A stretch of DNA of 63,765 nt, the filler included, from Collodictyon triciliatum (lineage: Eukaryota): the NCBI GenBank assembly GCA_043381765.1. It is 13 parts of 13 records of this genome, joined end to end, with 100 filler letters (N's around TTAATTAATTAA, not from the genome) between each part and the next. Parts side by side here need not be neighbours in the genome. Positions count along the whole stretch, not along the records: positions 41,935 to 46,584 come from JBHJMP010005886.1; positions 46,685 to 51,333 come from JBHJMP010005887.1; positions 51,434 to 56,079 come from JBHJMP010005888.1; 10 more parts are not named here. The stretch is one strand, 5' to 3'. This document shows positions 42,095-51,578 of the stretch, one piece after another. A program made the translations under genes and the position numbers. How positions within the stretch are numbered: the stretch's first letter is position 1; each line of letters opens with the position of its first letter. The notes beneath the pieces are model-generated. The model had not been told where the DNA came from and did not search any database. It saw nothing but the letters and a program-made list of their open reading frames with translations.

Positions 42095-44999
42095 ACCTCG
42101 GGAAGAAAATGGAGATGGCAATCAGCTCGGTCGGTGTCCTGGCCGTAACCACTGAACCAGTCCATGCCCGCAGGCACGGTGTTTTGGGCCAGTTTCTGGG
42201 CGGCAGTGAAGCTGAGTAAAGAGTGGTGAGTTTGGTGCATCAAAGGATGACAGACAGGGGGTTGGAGAAACAAAAGAAAGACACTCATGTGAGAGATAAT
42301 ACGGTTGCGAATGGGTGGAATATTTTCTGTTACTTTTGTGGGGTTTCAACAACTTCGTAGATGACAGAGGCTTCTGGGTGGTCGATGAGGTGCTCTCCAA
42401 CACCGGGGAGGTCCTTCACCAGGGGCACACGGAGGCGGCTGGGCAAGAATATAGAGATTGAGACAAACATTCGGCTTTATGAATGATTATCATCTTTTCA
42501 TGAGTATTACACCCAAGAAATGAAAGAAATTTTGATGGGAAAAGGCAACGAGTCACATAAACATGACGTGCAGAAGAAGTAGTTCAATGATAATGCTAAT
42601 GTAAAATATATTTCCATGATATTACGTCAGTTCGCTGCGGGGGCCAACGCCAGAGAGGATAAGGAGCTGGGGAGTATTGATGGCTCCGGCAGTGAGAATA
42701 ACGGCCTTGCGGGCATAGACGCGGACGGGGTTGAGGAGATTTCTCTGGGTGCTAAAGTCGATAAAGAAGAGACCAATGATGATTAGAGACAGCAGGAGAG
42801 TTTCCGATTATACTCATCTGCATCGGGTACATTCTGAATGAATAGAAAAGAGGCTTCCATAGAAGTACTCTTGTGATGTGGTGTATACACTTACCGAGTC
42901 GGGAGATGGAACGAGTCAAGGGAGTAATCGTGGGGACCGACGATGTATTCGACACCGACAGCGACGTCACCTTCAAAGAGAATCTTTGTCACCAACTTTT
43001 CAGTCAAGATTTCAAAGTTGTTGCACGAGGCCTTGCACTAAAAGTATATGAATGCAATCAATATGCAGCGCTGGGACCAAACATCAGAACTATTTTCTTT
43101 TTTCCATTATATATATATATATCACATGGCCATAACACACGAACTCATCGTTTCTCTTGGACTATTTTTCATGCTAATAGATGCAGGATGATTTCAAGCA
43201 ATAATAATGATAATTCGTGTCCAGTAACCTTAGCGTAGGTGGGCAAGAGGAGCTCCTTCGCAACGTACGACCTAGTTCCGTTATTTCCTTGGAACTGCCA
43301 GTCTCCGACACCAGCGGATTCATTGGGGTCAGCGTTGAAGTCACTACATAATTATCATCATGTAAACTACTAGTTTTGCCTTATCCCTATTGTTATTTAT
43401 TTTCCGCAGAGATAAATAGAGAAAAAGGATGGCTGTGATCTGATATCACATCCCAGAGGTACTATTTTACATATATTTTCAGAGTGATAACAATATGGGA
43501 AAAAAAATCTTATTTACGAACCGAACATGGGGATATCCCTTGCTTACGGCGGAGTTGATGAGTGTGTCGATGGCTTCAAAGCGGATGGGGCGGCTGCTTA
43601 CGTGAAGCCAACCGTCCTGACCGTGCCATCTGCTATCGGGGATGTCATTCTTTTCGCACTTTTTAAAGTACGGCATGAGGTCATTGAACGACCATTCGTA
43701 CTAATATTTACGGAAGAAAGACACGTATCAGTTAAAGAACGAATAAAATTCGTTACCGTCTCAAACATAGATTAACTTTCCAAATGAGTGTTTTTTTATT
43801 TATTTATTTATTCTTCGTTTCAATTTTCCAAATAAGTGTTGATAGAGAGATCATTCATTGTTTCTGTATGGATGTTATGTATCGAGATTTGCTGAATCTG
43901 ATTGACACTCACGTTTTCGCCCAGAAGACTGGCCCATCTGTCATAATCAACGTCGTGTCCGCGGAAATGAATCATTTCGTGATGGGTGGAGCAGCCGCCG
44001 AGTCCATGGGCACGGGGAAGAGCATATGTGCGGTTGGCTCCCTCGTAGGGCTATCAGGAAAGAAACGATTTGAGTAGACGCCAACAATTACACACTAGTA
44101 TCATGTGTGAAAATCGATAAAGTTGCAACATATAAAAGAAGTGATGATGGGAGTGATTATGGGAGCGATGATGAGAGCGATGATGAGACTGATGATGAGA
44201 CTGATGATGAGACTGATGATGAGACTGATGATGAGACTGATGATGAGACTGATGATGGGAGTGATGATGGGAGTGATGATGGGAGTGATGATGGGAGTGA
44301 TGATGGGAGTGATGATGGGAGTGATGATGGGAGTGCTGATGAGACTGATGATGAGACTGATGATGAGACTGATGATGAGAGTGGTGGTGGAATATAAATA
44401 GGTATCAGAGCTGAATATCAGGTTTCGAGATAATTTCATACCTCCGAGCGGAAGGGCCAATCGACGCGGTTGTCCTTTGTTACTGTGATGGCGAGATTGG
44501 GGGTGTTCACGTTGTATATGTCCGACAAGTCAGTGCCTGCTTCGATGCCGAGAACGGTGGCCTAAAGAGACACGGCGTACATTGAATACAGAGATAGGAA
44601 ATAAACGAGAATGTGAAAATAAGAAACCGTGTTTGGACTCTTTGGGGAAACAAATCGACTGGACAGAAAAGAAAAGGATGAGAACATAGAACGAAACGAA
44701 ACGAAACAAAACAAAACAAAATGAAACAAAACAAAACAAAATGAAACAAAACAAAACAAAAGAACAAAAGAACAAAAGAAAGAAGAGCTTTGTGTGGCCA
44801 ACCGTACTCTGCAGTCTTCGGCAAGGCGGCTGGCAATGATGCTTCCGGAGGCTCCGAGGCCAACGACGATGAAGTCGTACGTGTTTTCCTCGGTCTGGCC
44901 GGCCGCAGGGACGCCCTGCATTGGGATGGCCAGGCAGGCCGTGGCAATCAGCGCAAGTGCTGCAGCAGCGAGTACGTGGCTCTTCAGCAGCAGGTGCAT
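42095..44999 (-). CDS. Secreted GMC (glucose-methanol-choline) oxidoreductase, multi-exon, 3' truncated
   Basis: Signal peptide [27 protein letters not shown] fingerprint [94 protein letters not shown]. Confidence 0.9.
44142..44380 (+). repeat. 12-bp minisatellite (GATGATGAGACT / GATGATGGGAGT) inside a GMC intron
   Basis: About 20 tandem units in blocks of two variants. Confidence 0.92.
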
Positions 45000-45867
45000 T
45001 CTGGGAATTAAGTTGCTTTCAATTATTATTACAATTCCCTCTTCATTTTTTCTGTGTATACATTTGACTATGTTTTTTTTTTTTTCGCTTTGTCTCTTTG
45101 TGTGTTTGTTATTTGCTTTGTCATTCGCCTTCTGGTTGGCACTTGCAGGCAAATGTTGGAGAAGGCGACAATCCTTGATGGAGGCTTTGGCCTTGAAGCG
45201 AGTTGGCTGCAGTCGAGGCGGACAGGCTGATTGATTGGATCGGGTTTGTGGCAGATGGGACGAGCGTGGGTTTCTTGTGTGGGAAATGGGCTGTGACTTG
45301 TGGCAACGCGTTGGCGGCGTTGTGAGAGGGAACCGGCGGGAGTCGTACAGAATTTATACTATATTGATGTATATTTATCAAACATTCGATTAATATCGCT
45401 TCTTATGTATTTCTTTGTGTTGACTCGCCCACTTTCTCAGCAATACAGGGAAGTTATTGATTATAATCAAATATATTGACGTGTCATTTCGACACAACGC
45501 AATCATAGGGTTATTTATTTTAATTTTATTATACTTATGGTTGACATTTATCATTATCATTAACATTTCCTTTAATATTAAAAGCTTATAATGTACAATA
45601 TCTATATTTTCCACAAATAAATGAAGGGTTTGTCACCGTCGCTGTGTTAGGCATCACAAATCACCTAATCTATATTATTGAAGACAAAAATAAAAAAGAT
45701 TAAAAATATACGAAATAGCAATCTAATTCCACACAAATAGCGAATGTTTTATAAAAACAGGTTCTGCCGATTCTTCTTAGCCACCGCAAAGGAATCTATC
45801 ACCCGTTTCTCCTCTTTCTGCCTCGTCTTCACCTTTGATGAGAGATTCTTGGGGGGATGACCGAGAA

Positions 45868-46370
45868 TCAAAACAGAACGTTTGTGTCGCTTAAGTATGA
45901 ATCAGTGCCCTGGAATACCGGAGGTTGGGTGCTGTTATTGTACACCAGATGCCACATGTAAGTAGTGAACCAAAGTTGTGCAACGAGGTTTCGTTCGAAT
46001 CTTCGTGTGGAGATGGCGTGAGGCACAGGCAAAAGTCCAACAAGGGTCGTATCTTGGATGAACTTCAAGACAGTTGCTTCGGCATCTTCCTCGGGGCTAT
46101 TGACATCATGGACAACACAGGAATGTTTAAATTGAATGTTCTTTTTCCTTCTCTTTATTTTCTTTCCTTCTTTCCCTCTCTCTCTACCTTTTGATGAAGG
46201 CACATGAAAATAAAACATAAGGCATTGGGGTGCACAGGTTTAATTTCCAGTCATTGGTGATTGCATGAACTTACTTTTCGTTTATCACCTCCTGGATTCT
46301 TGGACCTAGCTTCTCGATTATTCGAAGGATTGCCGTCAGTCGCAGAGCTCTTTTCCAGGAACACATCTAA
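45868..46370 (-). CDS. 3' exons of an unknown protein
   Basis: Exon-like frames LDVFLEKSSATDGNPSNNREARSK and EEDAEATVLKFIQDTTLVGLLPVP..LWFTTYMWHLVY, ending at TGA 45868-45870. Confidence 0.3.
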
Positions 46371-46403
46371 TTCAACAGATGAATTCATTATCAAATAGTA
46401 AAG

Positions 46404-46584
46404 GAGAGAATAAAAGAGAGAATAAAAGAGAGAATAAAAGAGAGAATAAAAGAGAGAATAAAAGAGAGAATAAAAGAGAGAATAAAAGAGAGAATAAAAG
46501 AGAGAATAAAAGAGAGAATAAAAGAGAGAATAAAAGAGAGAATAAAAGAGAGAATAAAAGAGAGAATAAAAGAGAGAATAAAAG
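46404..46584 (+). repeat. (AGAGAATAAAAG)n 12-bp minisatellite
   Basis: Directly visible tandem run. Confidence 0.95.
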
Positions 46585-46712
46585 NNNNNNNNNNNNNNNN
46601 NNNNNNNNNNNNNNNNNNNNNNNNNNNNTTAATTAATTAANNNNNNNNNNNNNNNNNNNNNNNNNNNNNNNNNNNNNNNNNNNNGAATGTTTCCTAATAC
46701 CTGCAGTACATG

Positions 46713-46797
46713 GCCCCGCCGGCCGGCATTAGTAAATTGGGATGAACCTGGGATGAACCGTTCATCTCGCTCCAAATTTTTGACCGGCCGGCAGGGC
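46713..46797. repeat. 85-bp imperfect palindrome bounded by 14-bp inverted repeats
   Basis: GCCCCGCCGGCCGG (46713-46726) pairs with CCGGCCGGCAGGGC (46784-46797) at 13/14 positions. There is also an inner GATGAAC/GTTCATC pair. Confidence 0.8.
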
Positions 46798-46892
46798 TTT
46801 GTTCATCCTAAGCATATTCTAATATATTCAAAGAACACATTGCCAAAGTAATATTTCTATATTGATAATTTCTTTCCTGTTTGAGATGAACC

Positions 46893-47094
46893 TGGATGGA
46901 CAAAAAGTGGGAGACAAGGAGGAAGACTAACCCGGGAAGACTAACCCGGATGGACAAAAGCAGACATGTTAGGGCCACCAGAGACCCGGGAAGACTAACC
47001 CGGATGGACAGAAGCAGACATGTTAGGGCCACCAGAGACCCGGGAAGACTAACCCGGATGGACAAAAAGTGGGAGACAAGGAGGAAGACTAACC
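46893..47094 (+). repeat. 54-bp GC-rich tandem repeat containing CTAACCC and TTAGGG
   Basis: CCCGGGAAGACTAACCCGGATGGACA recurs at 46931, 46985 and 47039 and runs into a gap. Confidence 0.88.
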
Positions 47095-47539
47095 CNNNNN
47101 NNNNNNNNNNNNNNNNNNNNNNNNNNNNNNNNNNNNNNNNNNNNNNNNNNNNNNNNNNNNNNNNNNNNNNNNNNNNNNNNNNNNNNNNNNNNNNNNNNNN
47201 NNNNNNNNNNNNNNNNNNNNNNNNNNNNNNNNNNNNNNNNNNNNNNNNNNNNNNNNNNNNNNNNNNNNNNNNNNNNNNNNNNNNNNNNNNNNNNNNNNNN
47301 NNNNNNNNNNNNNNNNNNNNNNNNNNNNNNNNNNNNNNNNNNNNNNNNNNNNNNNNNNNNNNNNNNNNNNNNNNNNNNNNNNNNNNNNNNNNNNNNNNNN
47401 NNNNNNNNNNNNNNNNNNNNNNNNNNNNNNNNNNNNNNNNNNNNNNNNNNNNNNNNNNNNNNNNNNNNNNNNNNNNNNNNNNNNNNNNNNNNNNNNNNNN
47501 NNNNNNACTTGTCTCCCTACTCTAACCCTAAGTTGAGTT

Positions 47540-47875
47540 GCCACGTCACGACACGTCATCACTACTATGTAAAATAACCCTAGTCGTCATCACACGTCAT
47601 CACTCCTATGTAAAATAACCCTAGTCGTCATCACACGTCATCACTCCTATGTGAAATTAACCCTAGTCGTCATCACACGTCATCATTCCCGTGTATAGTA
47701 ACATATCTCCACCATGCCACGTCATCACTCCTATTGAAAATTAACCCTAGTCGTCATCACACGTCATCACTCACATATACCACACATCATTGTCGTCATG
47801 CCACGTCATCATTCCCATATATGGTAACATGTGTACGTCATGCCACGTCATCACTTCCCATCATTACCACATGAC
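47540..47875 (+). repeat. 41-42-bp repeats rich in CACGTCATCA and AACCCTA
   Basis: The unit ATGTAAAATAACCCTAGTCGTCATCACACGTCATCACTCCT has anchors at 47576, 47617, 47659 and 47743. Confidence 0.88.
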
Positions 47876-48223
47876 AAAACTCATTCAATATTCATCCGAT
47901 TGGCACCCAATAAACACCAAAATGTTCCATTTTTCATGCTCTACATTCTGAATATTTCATGTCAAACATGACATTTCTTCATTATTTATTTATCCCCACT
48001 ATCTCTCCATCTCTCCACCCCCGTGTAATGCATGTGTTTTTTACATCGTGTATCTATCCATCACTGACATGAAATTATAGTCCCATCATCCAACGAAACT
48101 GTCACGAACGTAGTGAGTGTGCGTTTTATACAAACATGTAAAACATCACACACACACACACACACACTCACATACCAGAGAGAGAAACACAAAAAAAAAA
48201 AATACATATATATCATGCAATGC

Positions 48224-48365
48224 GTATGGTTATTGTTTGCTGACAGACTACTCAAACCCTACAATGTGTCCGTAGGGTTATCGTTGTAGGAAATCCTACT
48301 CGAACCCTACCCCCCTCCCTGTAAACATAGGGTTATTGTTTGCTGACAGACTACTCGAACCCTAC
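48224..48365 (+). repeat. Three 39-nt units with inverted termini GTAGGGTT..AACCCTAC, separated by 9- and 16-nt spacers
   Basis: Copies at 48224-48262, 48272-48310 and 48327-48365. Confidence 0.85.
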
Positions 48366-48439
48366 TCTGTCAGAATATTCCATATAGTCAAACTATCCAG
48401 TCTATCTGTTCCCCAACTCATCATTATTCATCTCACATT

Positions 48440-50890
48440 TCTAATTTCAAATGCGATTTTCTCCCCAACCATACGTCCCACAGACACGCCAACCATATCT
48501 CGTTGATGTACACACTGAGGCGCATCAGAAAATATATTCACCAAAATTTCAAAAAAAAGTGTCATTTCTAACCCATATACATCCATGCAACACCCACAAG
48601 ACAACACACCCACCTCAACATACTGCAGTAACTATCACGAACGAAGTGAGTGTGCGTAATATGTGTTCAAAATCATTCCACAAGGTAAGAAATACTCTTA
48701 ACATTGCTTTTCCATCCTGTCAACAAGCATGGTTGTCATTGCACAAGATATATTCCACATAAAGAAACTTAACATTCTAAACCGATTTTCTCCCGAACCA
48801 CGAATCACACAGACACGCCAACCATAACTCGTTGATGTGCACATTGAGGCGCATCAGAAAATATATTCACAAAAATTTCCAAAAAAATTGTCATTTTTAG
48901 TTCATATTCATGCTGTACGCGAGTCACTTACCCAACATACTGCAGTAACTATCACGAACGAAGTGAGTGTGCGTAATTTGTGTTCATGACATTCCACAAG
49001 GCCAGAAATACTCTTAACATTGCTTTTCCATCCTGTCAACAATCATAGATGTGATGGCACAAGATATATTCCACATAAAGAAACAGCATCTCAAATGCGA
49101 TTTTCTCCCCAAATACGCATCACACAGGCATGCAAACCATATCTCGTTGATGTACACACCAAGGCGCATCAGAAAATATATTCAAAAAAATTTCAAAAAA
49201 ATTGTCATTTTTACTCGATATTCATACACCATATACAAGACACTCACCCAACATACTCCAGAAACCATCACGAACGAAGTGAGGGTGCGTTATATCATTC
49301 AAAATCATTCATGAAGCAAGAAAATCCCCACAACACTGCAATTCCACTTTGTCAACAAGCAGTAATGCAACTGCACAAGATATATTCCACATAAAGAAAA
49401 TGTACATTCTAACCCGATTTTCTCCCCAACCACGCATCACACAGACACGCAAACCATATCTCGTTGATGTACACACTGAGGCGCATCTGAAAACGTATTC
49501 ACAAAAATTCCAAAAAAATATGACATTTTCACTTCATATACACGCTGAATTAGAGCCACTCAACCAACATAATGCAGTAACTATCACGAACGAAGTGAGT
49601 GTGTGTATTATCATTCAAAATCATTCATGAAGCAAGAAAATACCCACAACACTACGATTCCACTTTGCAAACATGCAGTAATGAAACTGCACAAGATATA
49701 TTCCACATATAGTAATTGTACATTCTAACCCGATTTTCTCCCCAAATACGCATCATACAGACATGAAAACCATATCATGTTGATGTACACACCGAGACGC
49801 ATCAGAAAATATATTCAAAAAAATTCATAAAAAAATATCATTTTTACTCTATATACATCCATGCAACACCCACAAGACAACACACACCCACCCAACACAT
49901 TGCAGAAACCATCACGAACGAAGTGAGTGTGCGTAATATGTGTTCATGACATTCATTTATGCAGCAAGAAAAAACCCCACAACAATTCGATTCCACTCTG
50001 CATACATGCAGTAATGCATCTGCACAAGATATATTCCACATAAAGAAACTGAACATTCAAATGCGATTTTATCCCCAACCATGCGTCACATAGACATGCC
50101 AACCATATCTCGTTGATGTACTCACTAAGGCGCTTCAGAAAACATATTCACAAAAATTCCAAAAAAAAAAATGTCATTTCAACCAATATTCATGCTGTAT
50201 ACAAGATACTCACCCAACATTCTGCAGAAACTTGCACGAACGAAGTGAGTGTGCGTAACATCAATCAAAATCATTCATGAGGAAAGAAAATATCCACAAC
50301 ATTGCGATTCCACTCTGCATACATGCAGTAATGAAACTGCACAAGATATATTCCACATAAAGTAATTGTACATTCTAACCCGATTTTCTCCCGAATTATA
50401 CGTCTCACAGACACGCCAACCATATCTCGTTGATGTACACAATGAGGCGCATCAGAAAATATATTCACAAAAATTTCAAAAAAATATGTCATTTCACCCA
50501 ATATTCATGCACACATCGACCATATGCAAGACATCTACTCAACATACTGCAGAAATGATCACGAAGGAAGTGAGTGTGCGGAACACGAATGAATGTCATT
50601 GATGAGGAAAGAAAATATCAAAAGCATAGTGATTCTACCGTGTCAACATACACGGATGTGATGTACAAGTAATATTCCACATAAAGAAATAGTACATTCT
50701 AACCCGATTTTCTCCCAAAATACACATGACACAGACACACCATGCATAACCCGTTGATGTACACACAAAGGCGCATCAGAAACTAGAATAAAAATAATCC
50801 ACCAAAAAAAGTTGTATTTCCACACAATATGTATATGACACGCATGCAACATACAGCAGAAACTTGCACGAACGAAGTGAGTGTGCGGAA
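48440..50890 (+). repeat. Diverged tandem array, 8 units of about 307-328 bp
   Basis: The anchor ACGAACGAAGTGAG occurs at 48637, 48954, 49270, 49586, 49914, 50236, 50561 and 50868. Other conserved blocks are CGATTTTCTCCC, TCGTTGATGTACACACTGAGGCGCATCAGAAAA and GCACAAGATATATTCCACATAAAG. Confidence 0.93.
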
Positions 50891-50928
50891 CACAAGAATG
50901 AAGCGATGAGACTGTACGCTGTCATGAA

Positions 50929-51029
50929 GGGGATCGACCAAGGAACGGAGATGTGAGATGAAGCAGAGGGGATGGACCAAGGAACGAAGATGTGAGATGA
51001 AGCAGAGGGCATCGACCAAGGAACGGAGA
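50929..51029 (+). repeat. 39-bp purine-rich tandem repeat, about 2.6 copies
   Basis: GATCGACCAAGGAACGGAGATGTGAGATGAAGCAGAGGG at 50932, 50971 and 51010. Confidence 0.85.
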
Positions 51030-51174
51030 GAAAAACAAGAGAAAAAGAAGAATTTTTGAAGTGCAGGTGAGCACAGATTCGTGTAGAGGAGCGAAAATGG
51101 AGCAGAATGGTATATGATTTGTGTGGATGGGATGGATGGTTGTGGAGAAATGAGGGAGGGAAGAATGGAGCGGA

Positions 51175-51333
51175 TGCCACGTCACGCACCATATATGGCA
51201 ACATGTGATGAAGAAGCCACGTCATCATGTACGTCATGCCACGTCATTTGATGTTGACGTCAACACATACGTCATGCCACGTCATCACATATTGACATCA
51301 ACACATACGTCATGACACGTCACGACACGTAGA
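51175..51333 (+). repeat. Second ACGTCA-rich repeat block
   Basis: Multiple GCCACGTCA / TACGTCATG / ACACGTCACGACACGT motifs, in the same orientation as the 47540-47875 block. Confidence 0.82.
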
Positions 51334-51433
51334 NNNNNNNNNNNNNNNNNNNNNNNNNNNNNNNNNNNNNNNNNNNNTTAATTAATTAANNNNNNNNNNN
51401 NNNNNNNNNNNNNNNNNNNNNNNNNNNNNNNNN

Positions 51434-51536
51434 CACTCACTCACTCACTCACTCACTCACTCACTCACTCACTCACTCACTCACTCACTCACTCACTCAC
51501 TCACTCACTCACTCACTCACTCACTCACTCACTCAC
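51434..51536 (+). repeat. (CACT)n microsatellite
   Basis: Directly visible tandem run. Confidence 0.95.
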
Positions 51537-51578
51537 ATAATTTATTTTCATATTTCCTGTTGACATTCTCTCATGCAG

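Noticed and set aside
44107-44401. Acidic (DETD/DGSD)n and other ORFs over microsatellites or N runs (e.g. 3486, 5869, 26067, 36757, 41936, 46379, 56488)
   Set aside because: These are translations of simple intronic repeats or gap characters.
48224-48365. CRISPR array
   Set aside because: Only three units, spacers of 9 and 16 nt, a divergent middle repeat, eukaryotic context and no cas genes.
48525-48560. Sm-site-like AATTTT(T)G on the minus strand, suggesting an SL RNA/snRNA array
   Set aside because: The motif lies in a variable A/T run and no conserved splice donor or leader exon is evident; too weak to claim.
48451-50602. Repeated ORFs (PYLVDVHTEAHQKIYS) as a protein family
   Set aside because: Unit lengths such as 316, 317, 322 and 325 are not multiples of three, and frames break at A-runs, so the similarity is a by-product of the DNA repeat.
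48440-50890. Hammerhead ribozyme / retrozyme reading of the ~320-bp array
   Set aside because: The minus strand has CTGATGCG rather than CTGANGA, and I found no correctly placed GAAA/NUH core.
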